64,000 bases of DNA from Eledone cirrhosa. Its lineage: Eukaryota. The translations under genes were made by a program, and so were the position numbers. Numbering within the stretch: the stretch's first letter is position 1; each line of letters begins with the position of its first letter. This document shows positions 29,825-43,765 of the stretch, piece after piece. The stretch lies in NCBI GenBank assembly GCA_964016885.1, contig OZ024743.1, forward strand, positions 266,104,001-266,168,000. Reading direction: 5' to 3'. The notes beneath the pieces were generated by a model. That model saw nothing but the letters and a program-made list of their open reading frames with translations. It searched no databases and was not told where the DNA came from.

Positions 29825-31320
29825 CACTGTCCCCACAAAAAAAGACACTCACTTGGCAAAAAACTACCGACCCATTGCATGCCAGAACTTAATGTATACA
29901 TTGTACACAGTCTTTCTGAACGTATTTCTCCAAGGTCACCGAGACAACAATATTATCATCCCATATGAGCCAGCAGCTGAACAATTAATTATCAAAACCG
30001 TTAAAGTCTCCGACACCGTTATGAGAGCCATAGAGAACCTTTCGACTTCTTGGGCTATTATTCTAAAGTTAAATACAGAGAAGACGGACTCTATTTTCAC
30101 TGATACAATAAAAAATCGTAGAGGTCTATTTCAAGGAGACAGTCGCTCTGTTATTATTTATACGGTGGATTGGCAGTATCACTAGAGGGTCGGACGTCAT
30201 GCTTTGCAGCAAAGAGTTACTCCTATTTATGGTCTGAGTTCAAATCCCGCCGAGGTTAACTTTGCTTTTCATCCTTACGGGGTCGATAAAATAAAATACC
30301 AGTAATGCACTGGGGTAATTGCTGGCCTTGTGCCAAAAGTAGAAACAATTATTTATATGGTCATCCCACCGAGGTTAACTTTCCCTTTCATCCTTACGGG
30401 GTCGGTAAAATAAAGTACAAGTCACGCACTGGGGTCGATTTAATCGACTTTCGCCTCCTCCCAAATTGCTGGCCTTGTGCCTATATCAGAAACCATTATT
30501 TATACCGTCATTACACCGTTGTCCTTTTTGCTCAAGAAATATTAAGGATACATAATTTGTTCACACGAGCACAGAAATAGGAACCTCACCTATAGCTCTT
30601 TGCGGGTGTCCTATAACTCTATATCAAGAACATAAATGGGATAACGAAAAACCATGTCCTAGATCCGAACGTATCAAAACATACAGAAAGGGATTTGGCC
30701 AGGGTAAATGATCATATATGTTTAAAAGCGGGGAAAAACTAAAACTCAATCTAGCAACATTTTTATAAACAATAGCCATATAATTTCAAGGATATCTGGT
30801 GATGACTGCTATTGATACTTATGGGTAGATATGAACATTTAATACGTAAACAGCGAATATAAAACCCAAATAAGAAAAATATTGTCTTTCTTCTGAACTT
30901 TCTGCTCACAATAAATCAGTGGCCCGCAATCTGTTCGCTGTACCCGTCACGATACTAACACGTATAATACTTGATTAGACGCTAGATGAAATCCAAGCCA
31001 TTGAGGTTACCACCTGAAAAATCTAAACATAACCTGCAATTTCTATATCAACAGTGACATAGACCACCTCTTCCTGAAACATAAACATAGCGGCAGAGGA
31101 CTAACATGAATCCAGACAGCATTAGAGCGTCGCATCATATTCCTCAGACAACATCTACGGACTACCAAACGTAGGGGTTCATATATTCAACAAGTCTGTC
31201 TACGAGACAAATAGAATCAAGCGGGGGAAGGAGTTATTTGAGATAAACTCCCTGTATGATAACCAAAAATGTATACCCAGAGAAATTGCACTGCAATGAC
31301 TTAATGAATCCAGGGATGAA
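29825..31320 (+). mobile_element. Decayed R4/Dong-like RT fragment after (TACA)n, interrupted by SINEs
   Basis: AKNYRPIACQNLMYTLYT, RRGLFQGDSRS, and after the SINE TPLSFLL; right boundary approximate. Confidence 0.7.
30165..30500 (+). mobile_element. SINE dimer inserted in the RT fragment
   Basis: full unit 30165-30355 plus 5'-truncated unit; attatttatac on both sides (possible TSD). Confidence 0.85.
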
Positions 31321-31496
31321 AAACGTCATATATATATATAGAATAACATAATAAGTTGACGGGACTAACATAAGTTTCACTGCTAGTACCGGATGCATCT
31401 AAGCGTACTCAATAGGTAATGTTGTGTAAAATTCCAGAGTAGACATAACGTTATTTACTTCAATACAACACACGTAAATGGGTACCTCAAACTATA

Positions 31497-31606
31497 CCCG
31501 TACTCGAGTTTCGGCCACACTTAATGCAGCGATAGATCGCACCGCATCCACTGCCTGCAGTATTATTCAATAACGCACAATCGGCACATGTGACTTCATC
31601 AGCAGG
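31497..31606 (-). ncRNA. Type I hammerhead ribozyme with 83 nt stem II
   Basis: cctg CTGATGA agtcacat...gtgtggcc GAAA ctcgag TA cggg. Confidence 0.78.
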
Positions 31607-32223
31607 TTTCGCCAATAACCAATCAATCGATAGAATTCGATTCCAGTCCGTATCAATGACAGTGAATGTGACAGGCAACACAGTAGTACATTAGCAACTG
31701 ACATCCCTACGTGTCATCACATTGCCGTCAATCAATTGGCTACAGTTCAGACCTTCATGTGACGATAGGAGAAGAAATTCAAATTCTTCAGCTCCCACCA
31801 TAAACACTCTACAACGTATCTCAAACACAAATTAACAAATGAGTGCAAAAATCGGTTATTAGATAAAATCAGTCTATATTTGGGTGTGTGCGTATAAATA
31901 AATATATGTGGTTGTTTAAATGTGCATGTACAAGTGAGTATAGAGAGAGCGTGCGTGTGTGTGTGTGTGTGTGTGTCTGTAAGTGTTTCTTTTTTGCTTG
32001 TCTGTGTCAATAAAAGGTAATTGCTGGAGCGATCACTTTTTATAAATTTTATACACACCAGTCTCTATATAGCTAATTGGAAAACACACTGCAAACAACT
32101 GATATTATCCTCACAACTACAAAATGAAACTCCCGTATGTACGAATGTGTATATGCATTCACACACACGCATGTGTATAATTATATGCACACACATACAC
32201 ACAGACACACATACACCCACACA

Positions 32224-32268
<45 letters not shown>

Positions 32269-33504
32269 CAAACAATGTTGAACGTTGAAATCGTCCACGG
32301 TACGGATTACTCGTAACCTCTCCTTGGATAACCTTAAAAGATACCTCGTTTACTCTGATATATATATATATATGCATTCATTTCATATACACTCATATAT
32401 ATGAATATGAACGTATGTATACTACATATATAGGTGTATATGTCAATTGTGTTCTCACATAGATTTGAAGAGTGTGATATATCAGGTTTAATACGTATGC
32501 TTTTATTGCTCAATCGCATAACCTTAATGAGAAATAGAGTAAAAGTTCCATCACAGTATTAGAAACCAGATTCTCAGTTTACGCTCATTACGAGATTTAT
32601 ATAATATCTTATTTATGTAATTTTATTGGTGATGATTCGTTTGACTGCTGACAGAGTTTTCATATAATGCGTGACACCAATAGCGCATGATTTCTGTTAA
32701 CGCGTGAAGAAAGTTCCGCGAAAATTCTCGATAGCAAATCATCTACATGACTAAAGCTCCGAGGTTAAAGATTTCAAGCTAACGAATTCTTACCAATAAT
32801 CAACTGTCCAGTTTAGTTTTCATAAGATAAATGTTGTTCAGGTAGTGACTTTTCTTTATGGATCGTTTAGCCATATTAATGAACTAACCACCTATGTAAG
32901 TGTCTTCAAACAATGCCGTCATAGTAGCTTAGTTATCAATGATAAGAAGCGTAAGACATCGATTGATATATATTGGTCCCATACAATTGGGAAATACTTG
33001 TAGCGAAGGTTATGTGTTTGATGTCAAGCATATCTTGTGAAACAAAAGTAGTTTTCCCACTACTATACACTGTTAATCATTCTTCAACATGCTTCACGTC
33101 ATTATTATATCTGGGGATATTTCTATTCAGGATTAACGTTTCGCATCAATGAAATCGTTAATTCAAATCTATTTCTCATTTACTGAATGACAACTAGAAT
33201 AATACAGATTTCCACGTACATTTGTTACACAAAGAGTCACATTTTATATGCTAGAAAGAAATATAATTGCTTGAATTGATTCTAATAAAACTAGGTCTAT
33301 GAGTTTGCAGAACAGCCAAATATCATGCATCTCTAGCTAGTTGGTCACGGTCGTGATTTTCTATATGTTTACGTTATGTCAGGTAGATAGGTTCCTGATC
33401 AGTGCTAACCCTGATGGAATTCGAATACAGAATTTGATTATATTTAGCCTAGAAAAAATCTGTGCCCATGACTTTCTACAACGCAAAGAAACGAATCAAA
33501 TATA

Positions 33505-34005
33505 TAATTGTTTCTACTTTTGCCACAAGGCCAGCAATTATCCAGTACATTACTGGTACTTTATTTTATCGACCCCATATGATGACAGGCAAAGTTAACC
33601 TCGGCGGGATTTGAACTCACATCGTAAAGGGACGTAACTCTTTTCTGCAAACCATGGCGTCCGACCCTCTACCGATACTGCCAATCCACCACCAGAATCA
33701 AACATATAATGATTGTAGAATTAACTTCTTAACCGTTCAGTCATATTGCGTCTACAACTACTAGCTTAACATTTTATAACCAAGATGAACAATGTAGATA
33801 ATATGCCCAAGGCTGAAATAGTTTTCATCCTATTTCGTCAGAATCACTGCTGAATTGCGGTTCAATAAAAATAGTATAATTATCCACTGATAATTGTTTC
33901 TACTTTAGGCACAAGGCCAGCAATTACTCAGTGCATTACTGGTACTTTATTTTATCGACCCCGTAAGGATGAAAGGCAAAGTCAACCTCGGCGGGATTTG
34001 AACTG
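33505..34005 (-). mobile_element. Two tRNA-derived SINE copies (33505-33691, 33890-34005)
   Basis: reverse complement of the SINE consensus seen at 30165. Confidence 0.85.
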
Positions 34006-34919
34006 ATAATGCCAGGTTGTTGGTGTATTTACTATAGTTGATTATGTTTATGCTGCCGTTGTAGATGTTTTGTTATTATAATTGTTGTTGTTGTTGTAAT
34101 TGTAAATTTCATTGAGGTTGATGTTGCTTAATATGTCAACCGCGATGTAACAAACCTAAGATCAAAGGCTTTTGAGACATGTTAATCTCATATTTTTTGT
34201 AAACAATGTATCTAGATGTATATTATACAACGTGCCTGCCTGTTTTTAGTAGAGAGTAGGATTTTATAGGAGTGAGATGTCTTATAGATTAAGTATGTGT
34301 TAAGTGTTGGTTAATGCTGGTTGATGAAGAATAGTGGCAATGCAAATTCTACCACAGCCTCAATTTGATCAAGACCTTGCGAATAGAATTTGAAAGAGGG
34401 GAAATCTGTGGGAGAACATCGGATATAAATACATATATATCAGTGGTATATATTGATGAATGATGTGAATAGCGGAGAATAAATCTGAAAAACCGTTGAT
34501 TGTTGCCCAATAGGTCGTGATATTTGTTTTGTTTCGAGTTACAAACACACCCTTGACACTTTCGTCATCAAGAATGAAATGTAAAAGCGACTATTTCGTT
34601 ATAAATCAACAACGGTACTGTTAACAATCTACTATATAAAATGTATACTGTAATTAAATAAAATAACAAGTAAACGTGTAATGCCTCTATGCAGGCATGT
34701 GAATGTGTGAGCCCTGTTTTTATGCACGTTTATATCTGTGTCTATGTCTGTGTAGGGGTGTATCAGTGTGTGTGTGTGTGTGTGTATGTGTGTGTGTGTG
34801 TGTGTCTGTATGTTTGTTTGTGTCTGGGTTTGTGTGTATGTGTGACTTCGCATGTATATGTCTTCTTTTTCCTAAGTGATGACGTTCAGTTTAATATAAA
34901 CTAATTTCGTATTTTCTAG

Positions 34920-35053
34920 AAATCCTTTGAAAGCCAGCCACTGCGCCTGGGTCATAGCTTCAGATGGCCCCGATGTTGTGAAATTATCAATCATTTATTC
35001 AAAACTATCGAAGAAAGAAGACTGTAGTGAGGAAAGCATATCTGTATATGATG
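34920..35053 (+). CDS. CUB-domain protein exon (middle of CUB1): KNPLKASHCAWVIASDGPDVVKLSIIYSKLSKKEDCSEESISVYD
   Basis: ttttctAG acceptor, G|GTAAGT donor, 134 nt phase 2-1; C.W.I, V.L, C....I.VYDG CUB motifs. Confidence 0.9.
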
Positions 35054-35303
35054 GTAAGTCATCGATTTATTCGAAGAAAAAACTTACCACTTACTTTTGG
35101 AAATATTTGAACTTAAAGGGTTTCGCCATTAAAATACTTTTTTCATATTATCATGCCTAGAATATGAACTGTCGACAATATGTTTTATCAGTAATTACAT
35201 CGAGCAAGAACCATCTTGAAATGGGATCAAATGATCCCATTCTGTCTGTCTATCTTCTGTCTGTTTATCTATCTATCTATCTACACACACAGACATACAT
35301 ATA

Positions 35304-35363
<60 letters not shown>

Positions 35364-35605
35364 CACTTTATTTCATGTTGTTCCAGTACATCTAGTTGTA
35401 GAAATGAGTAGCGACGTCTCTGGTGCCAAGCTGTACCGACCTTCCCCTTTCGTTTGGACCACGTCGGTTTGCACGGAGACAGATGACTGCTATGCATGGG
35501 TGATTGCTGGTCTTCCGCAAACAACTTCTGCATCGAAGGGCTACTTTCTAGATACAAATCCCATGGTCATTCATGACCGAAGGGGGTCTTCAACTTTTAA
35601 CCTTT

Positions 35606-35654
<49 letters not shown>

Positions 35655-35661
<7 letters not shown>

Positions 35662-36227
35662 CGTAAAATAAGAACATTTTTTAAAAAAATGTTTAAAGAA
35701 TTAACTTACTTACTTAAATTTTCACTCCAACTAATTAGTTTCTACAATGGGATAAAGACAATTACGTAATGAACTGTTGAGAATTTCATTGCGTCATCAG
35801 GGAGGTCTATTCTCAGCCAAGTTTCCAGGCAATGCGCGGACACTGGGGACTCATATAAAAATAATAATAATTCGGTAAATGGAACAGCTATCGAGGACTG
35901 GATTCCAGGCACTGAAAATTCTCACTGCCACTGGTCAAATGGCCGATTCTAAAGAATCAATCACGTGACACTGAGGCTAGTCAGTAGGAATGGGATGGTA
36001 AGATAACAGACGCCTACTAACACCCCAAAAAAAATTTAGTAGTGGTTTTGGCAGGTTTGCTCGACAAATCAGTGATTTGGAGATAAATATAGATAATTTA
36101 ATATATCTACTAACATAAGCGCACAGATGTACGCTAATGCCAGCAAATACACAGGTTATGTCATAGTACCTAGGTGGTTCAATGCAGGAGAATGCAGAAC
36201 AATAATATAAAAGACGTAAAATAAGAA
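35655..36227 (-). mobile_element. Retrozyme-like non-coding unit, 553 nt period, about 20 bp terminal redundancy
   Basis: taaaagacgtaaaataagaa at 35655 and 36208; intact HHR inside; TA tracts both sides. Confidence 0.75.
35725..35804 (-). ncRNA. Type I hammerhead ribozyme, palindromic 8 nt stem III
   Basis: ctcc CTGATGA cgcaatg...cattgta GAAA ctaattag TT ggag. Confidence 0.8.
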
Positions 36228-36980
36228 AATATATATATTTATGACAAAATCACGTTGGATAAGTTATGCCAAGAATGCTCAAACTCAATGTATTTCTACA
36301 ATAAAGAAATACCACGAAGAGATTAATCTATCGTGTAACCCATAGGGTAAATGAACCCAGGAATTGATGAGGAATTTAAGACAATTTTATTCGTCTTACG
36401 CGTATCAAAGCAACTAAAATGCGAAAATATGGCTACTTGTACATATTCCATTAAGCTGCATTCCTCTATATAAAATTAAACCCACATATTAAGACTCGAG
36501 CATAAAAGAAACACATATATTATCACATATTTTCTACAAATCATTTGTTTCTTCAGACACATTTAAAATTATATATAAATTGTAGCGAATCACCTAAGAA
36601 AAAAAAAACCTGAGTATCACAGAATCATAATGATAACTTTAAGACATCATATGGAGCCTTTAAATTAAAGGCTGCTAAGCATACGAATAAAGATAAACTA
36701 TTGGCAAATTCATTAATATATATTACATTACGATGAAGAGAGACTCGCATATATATATATGTGTGTGTGTAGTGGTTCACAACTGGATAGAACTGGTTAT
36801 TCCGTTTAGTTAACAATGAAGTGTTAGTAGGAAAAACACTATACGTTAGGCAACTCATCCAACGTTGATGTTGAATCCTGTTTTCAGTGTAGGAGCGGAG
36901 TTAAATATTTGTTTGGTGAACACTACTGGAGGCCGAACTCTTGTTTTAATCAAACATATATATATATATTATTACTATAA

Positions 36981-37063
<83 letters not shown>

Positions 37064-37336
37064 AATCTGAGTTTTTCAAGTATTAATGATAATATTCGAT
37101 TCGTTTGCCATTATGCAAACGTTCTCTTTTTTAAAGCCATGTCACTAGAATGTGCTCCTCATTCATGCTCTTGTGTTGGCATGTAAACAGAACTGCAGAC
37201 ACTAATGTTTATGGGTATCACTCTTCATCAGTGAAGTTCACTGTTCACCTGCCAACTCTCGGCTCTGGTGAAAATATATATTTTCTAAAAACTCAGATTC
37301 ATTTATTGTATTCAGCCATGTAGAGCGATAATTTCT

Positions 37337-37393
<57 letters not shown>

Positions 37394-37400
<7 letters not shown>

Positions 37401-39021
37401 AATGAATAATAACAGGTAGACATCATAAAAAGGTAATATATTCCGTGTGCTTACAAATGTTTCCACGGTGGTACTACAGCCTAGTTATGCTATGTGCAAA
37501 TTTACAAGTATTTGCAGAACTCAAATATCCAATGCTGTGACCACTGTATCCTCAGAGCAGAATGGTAAAATGTACAATGTAAATACCCTTAAGTGGGGTT
37601 GTTGGGGAAGATAGAGTAGAAAAGGAAGAGAGAAAAGTAGGGGAGAGGGAGAGAGAGAGAGAAAGATATGCAGGGGTTGGAGAAGTAGGAGAGAGTGGTT
37701 TGTAGATATCTTAATCAAAATGTTATGGTAGGGGTTTTATTATACTGGTTCCTTTTGGAGAGATGCGTTGATAGTTAAGATCGGAATTATTTATTGCCCC
37801 AGAGGTCAGGTTCATAGATGTGGAGAGGGAGGTAGGCCAAAGGCGAGAGAGAGAGAGTGTAATGGATGTAGAGAGAGAGGTAGAGAGGGGACAGACGAAA
37901 TTTCTGTGGTGAGTGAACTTTGGGTTTGTAGTAGTAATCTGTGAATTGTACTGAGTTACCATTTATAGTGATAAGCAGTGTATTGTCTTGTAGTGTGGGG
38001 GAAGAGAAGGTGGTTAGCTAGAAAGTGATGTTATAGTTACGGGTTCGAATGTTAAGTTATTTTATAGTGAGAGAATTTAACTTTTAGTTTGTGGTTGCAG
38101 TATAATGATCGTTCAATTCTATCGTTAAGTAGTTTGTTTTTGGATTTTAATATGTAAAAGAGTTCAAGGTTACATAACCTGCAGTACTTCAATCCACTCC
38201 GATATGCACTTGCGCTGGAAAGTATATCCCATTTTAAGGTGAACTGTTGGTTGTGTTCACGGAGTTGCCAGGTCTTGTTGGCAAGCGTGGTCACAAAAGG
38301 TGATTAGGATGTTTGATTGAGAATCGATGACGGTATCAGCGAGATTTAAACGAGGGGGTGGTAGATCCGATATAATACCATTTCTGGTCGTTCGATTCAA
38401 CCGTGCATTGGTAAACAATGTTGGACTTTAGGCATTCATTCTCCAATGGACATCTTTCAGGTAGATGGCAGTTACAAGACTACTACTACAAACCCAAAGT
38501 TCACTCACTACATAAACTTCGTCTGTCCCCTCTCTACCTCTCTCCCTACATCCATTACACTCTCTCTGGCCTTTGGCGTACCTCCCTCTCCACATCTATG
38601 AACCTGCCCTCTGGGGCAATAAATAATTCCGACCTTAACTATCAACGCATCTCTCCAAAAGTAACCAGTATAATAAAACCCCTACCATAACATTTTGATT
38701 AAGATATCTACAAACCACTCTCTCCTACTTCTCCAACCCCTGCATATCTTTCTCTCTCTCTCCTTCTCCCCTACTTTTTTCTCTCTTCCTTTTCTACTCT
38801 ATCTTCCCCAACAACCCCACTTAAGGGTATTTACATTGTATATTTTACCATTCTGCTCTGAGGATACAGTGGTCACAGCATTGGATATTTGAGTTCTGCA
38901 AATACTTGCAAAATTTGCACATAGCATAACTAGGCTGTAGTACCACCGTGGAAACATTTGTAAGCACACGGAATAAATTACCTTTTTATGATGTCTACCT
39001 GTTATTATTCATTCTTTATAT
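37394..39021 (-). mobile_element. Penelope-like 3' fragment (GIY-YIG) between about 545 bp inverted pLTRs
   Basis: arms 37394-37940 / 38477-39021; centre on minus CHLPERCPLENECLKSNIVYQC..YYIGST..LKWDIL..YCRLCNLE..LLNDR..CNH. Confidence 0.9.
38854..38966 (+). ncRNA. Type I hammerhead with 86 nt stem II (mirror on - at 37448-37559)
   Basis: tgct CTGAGGA tacagtggt...accaccgtg GAAA catttg TA agca. Confidence 0.72.
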
Positions 39022-39158
39022 ACACTCCGGAATACAGAAGGATCAGGAACTAAGTTTCTTCAACAATTCTTCCATAACTCGTAGAGTAACCTCTCACCGT
39101 ACGTCAACCATATCCAGTGTAGTAATTAACCATTACTACATCTTGGGTAATCCTATAC

Positions 39159-39241
<83 letters not shown>

Positions 39242-39339
39242 CCGGTTAAATAAGCTATCAGGAACAAGTAATAAATATTAATTGCAGGAATGTTTTACGA
39301 GGAAGGTTAAAATCACTGTCTTGAGATTTATTATCCTTA

Positions 39340-39545
39340 ATAATATTTAAAATAGGCACAAGGCCAGCAATTTTTTTGAAGGTTGAAAGCCATTTAAATT
39401 GACACATTTACCCTGTCTAGTACTATATTTTATTTACCTCGGAAGAAGGAAATGGGGTGTTGACATCGGTGGGATTTGAGCTCAGAAAGTAAAGATATGT
39501 AACCCCTTAGTCACATGTTCCGACGATATTGCCAACCTGCCGGGC
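39340..39545 (-). mobile_element. Old diverged SINE copy
   Basis: aggcacaaggccagcaattt...gggatttgagctcagaa...gatattgccaa. Confidence 0.65.
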
Positions 39546-40508
39546 TATCATCAATATTAACAATCATTTTCTCCAATTGTTTTTACTTGTTTAAGAAATT
39601 GAAATAATGGAATGAAACTACCATTTGACTTTTATACAATCTAATGAGGGATTTTCATATATCCACATACAATATACACATCCCCATCGAATTGCACATT
39701 ACCTTCTTAGAAATAGGGATATATTGATTAATGCAATCTAGGATGTACATTGCCTAAAATATAAAACCACTGTCTTGTCATGTGTTTAAAATATTTGATC
39801 ATAATTCTCCCTCAAACCTGCTGACCCTGGGTTAAACAACGACTGGCGATTGTACTTTAGACAGTCCAATTAGAGAATTTGCGTGTTCGTTACACCTAAA
39901 ATTCGATACATCTTCTAAATATACCATTCAAATATCACTCAAATCTTTCCACATCTTCATAAAAAGAACACATTCGATAATGTCATCCCTGGGTTCTTTT
40001 CAAACAGAAAAAAACAAAACAAAAAACAAAACAAACAAAAATTCGGAATAATCACGAATGGAATGCTTTTCGTCATTGGTCTACTCTATCAGTAATTATG
40101 TCTGTTAAACAACAACAAAAACATCAATAGCAGCTGCAACTAAACAACGCGTTAGTTGTGCTAGATTCCATATACAAACATAACTTCAATGCTTAAAATA
40201 ATAGACAGTCATTTAAATAAATTTAATTTTCATTGTTTTGTTTTGAGTAAACTAACATAATTCTTTTCAGTTTCAATATAATTTGTAACGTGAAAACATT
40301 GAGAAATTTCTGTTAAATGACGCACATCAAACAAGTGATGTTTCCGTACGTAGCTTACATTTAAGATGTCACTAGACATTGGAAAATAAACATATAAATA
40401 GAAAGAACAATAATTGATAGATCACGAACATATGTTAATAAGAATATACAAATCATTAATGCTTGTCTTCAGTTATAAAAAACGAACATTTCTGTTTTAT
40501 ATCTATAG

Positions 40509-40658
40509 GTGATTCAGTACCAAACCGCTACCTGGGAATGTCCTGTGGAGATGCAAAACCCTCATACACATCAACTGGAAAAAAACTGATGGTTATATTC
40601 TCTTCAAATAGTCCAAACGGAAGTCATGGGTTTTTAGGATCCTATTATTCTGTTCCAA
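40509..40658 (+). CDS. CUB-domain protein exon (end of CUB1): GDSVPNRYLGMSCGDAKPSYTSTGKKLMVIFSSNSPNGSHGFLGSYYSVP
   Basis: atctatAG acceptor, GTAAGT donor, 150 nt phase 1-1; LG..CG, S.G..L.V.F.S, GF...Y CUB motifs. Confidence 0.92.
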
Positions 40659-42651
40659 GTAAGTTTCTAAGGAATTCTATCTATCTACGCTGATTTCAAT
40701 TATTAATACTTATTAATTGCATACATCGGTGACTATTATTCCACACTAATTTTATACACTGGGAAAAATTGAATTACATACATTCATTTATTACTGATTA
40801 GACAGGGAGACAAATGTACCACCCAAGAACATTTGCAGAGTTTTTGAGAACTGTGTTAGCGGACTGAAAGTATTTGGTCTGAATGCTTGCAAAACAAAGA
40901 ACTCCGATGAATGCACCTAAGAACCAGGTGGTAGTTAAACCGGCCGACAGAGAAAATACACTGAACAATTTCCAGAAGGCAAAGAGAAAGGCCGATTCTA
41001 CAAATTTTCCGTCCTAAACTGGTACTTTATTAAATCGACACTGGAATGTAAGCTACGTACGGCGTGGAACCAAATATTGCTACTGAAGTGATAAATCATC
41101 ATACGATTGACACAGGAAAGGAATGCATTGGTGCATTACTATAAATCAAGCAGGGTTAATGTCATTAACACTGAGACTGAGTTGTGCCACTAAATATACA
41201 ATGCAACAAGGATTCACTCTTGCTACCAAATGCACATGATTCTACGATTTAGTTGCACCTCCCAGTAAAATTAACTTTGGTGTATATTTGTGCTACCATG
41301 TATGCATGACAGTGGTTCAGTTTTACCAAGAAGTATACACGACAGGATTATTTGTACCGCCAAATATCTCTTACCCTGGAGTTAAGATAGGCCTCCACTT
41401 ATCCATGATATTTGGGTTACTTGCTCTTGCATTTGTGCGTGACTCTCTCGTTCGTTTGTACTGGCAAATATGCAAGTTATGTTCAATATTGCTACAAAGT
41501 ATGCTGACACCAGGATGTACATGACAGCACACAAATCACATAAATTAATATGTATACAAATAGAGATACTCTTAAACAAACCAATATATGCCAAGTTGCC
41601 TATGCCATCACGCGTACAATATACACCTGTTCACGCATGAGAATTTATTCATATATATTCAGATTTAAATGCGTTCATGAATTACTGAAAGACAAAGTAG
41701 AACTGAACATTTAAAAATTCTAAATACAAGCATAATTCTTCACATAATTTGTATTTGCATTAATTCAGTAAATGGTTACTCAGCTCTAATATGTTATACA
41801 AAATGGGATATTAAATAGAATTCCATTATGATATAATGAAGAATATATTTCACCAATTCACCTCTTTACACTTTCCCTATAACAATACTCATGTTAAATA
41901 TTTAATCCGTATATATTAGTTTAATATCTGTTTCACTAGTCTTGAGTGAATATTTATTTAGAAGGTGCTTAAATTTCTACATTAGAAATCCTTATTATAA
42001 TAATGCGAAAATAAGATTACATATGTAGCCTAAACTATTTGCCTGAACTTATACCATGAATTAACTGATAACTTACATCCACGTTTACATTAGCAAGCTC
42101 GTTTAAAGGATGAAAGACAAGAGCTAAATTATATATACTAGCAGAAAAATCAAGCATCGGGTGGTTTTCTGCTAGCATGTATAGTGTCCATATTTATATT
42201 ATATGCAAATATATATGTATGTAGATATATGTCAAATAAAATCGTAATTCACAATATGCACAGAAATTTAAAAAAGACGATATTATATATAAACTGCATT
42301 ACGGTGAAATGTAATGAAACCTTATATAATGATGCAAATATATGGATGTTTATATAAGCGATGTAATAAGTGTTATAATATAACAGACACTAAACGGAAG
42401 TGGAGACATTTGAACATTTTAAAAGAAGTGAATCTTAAAATAATTATATATAAGAATATTTATTAGGTTTAATCAATAGCTACGAAATTTACTAGATTAT
42501 GTAATATTCATTCATTATTTATTCAAAGTAATCTAACTTATTTTACTAACGGGATAAAAACATATATTCGGGACGCAGTCCCGCAATCTTCAATTTATTA
42601 CAGTAATGATATATATATATGTGTGGTGTGTGTTTGTGTGTGTGGATGTGT

Positions 42652-42730
<79 letters not shown>

Positions 42731-42844
42731 TGTGTGTGTGTGAATATGTGTGTTTGTGTGTGTGTGGTGTGCGTCGGGTTTATGTGTGTGTAATTGTGCG
42801 TTTGTGTGTCTGTGAGTAAGTGTGTGCCTGTGCGTGTAACTATA

Positions 42845-43205
42845 TGTTAAAAGATTGTTATAGCTGAGAGTTCGTCCGTTCTTAATTAAGTTCTGCATGT
42901 TTCTTCAGAAGAGATTCTGAAGAATCTTATGATATATAAGACAGTACAGTGATTTGTAGTCAACCTATTTTTTTCTCTATTCTGTCTTCTGTCCTTAAGT
43001 TGCGGGCTGTTAGTATTGCACACGTGCTTTCTGTTCAGACTAGGACTATCTTCTATTACGTGTGAGGCCTCCATAATTTGTCTGAGTGTTGAATTAGTTT
43101 TATGTATGGATAGGATCTTCACTTCTGTGTTATATATTGAGCCCCGGTATTCTAGTTTAGCATGTTCGTGTAGCATGAATTGCTCTTACTTACCCTTGTC
43201 CTAGT
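42845..43205 (-). mobile_element. Penelope-like GIY-YIG C-terminal fragment
   Basis: LHEHAKLE..EVKILSI..RQIMEASHVIEDSPSLNRK followed by a decayed HHR-like hairpin (cttcagaa/ttctgaa GAAA catg). Confidence 0.65.
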
Positions 43206-43248
43206 CATTTGATACGCACACACACACACACACACACACGCGCACGCA

Positions 43249-43283
<35 letters not shown>

Positions 43284-43415
43284 TTACATATATATATATA
43301 TATACACACATATATATATATATAAAGGAAAAGAAATCGAACATTTCTTTTCCTTATAATTTCTTTCGCGTAGGACATCTGTTTTTAATTAAAAAAAAAT
43401 AATTTTCTATATTTT

Positions 43416-43485
<70 letters not shown>

Positions 43486-43512
43486 TATATGTATATATGT
43501 GTGTGTGTGTGT

Positions 43513-43682
43513 ATAGGAACATGTTCAAGACCCCGACGGCAGAGCTCAAGCCGTTTCAACGACTATTTCTGGAGCTCTGCTGTGGGGTTCTTGAACATTT
43601 TCCTATTACCCACTCTACTGCGCTAAGTATTGTTTAGTCTGCCGCGTTATGGTCCACCTCGTTCCATACTACACTTCCTCCG

Positions 43683-43684
<2 letters not shown>
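43513..43684. mobile_element. Family F hairpin-plus-tail element copy 2
   Basis: ataggaacatgttcaagacccc...ggggttcttgaacattttcctat + tail tacccactctact...tatggtccacct. Confidence 0.8.

Positions 43685-43765
<81 letters not shown>

Noticed and set aside
38320-38345. In-frame TGA in the GIY-YIG frame as possible selenocysteine (reported for some Naiad PLEs)
   Set aside because: It falls at an aromatic position (R-x after FKS), not a Cys; Cys positions in the three related GIY-YIG copies use TGY; likely decay
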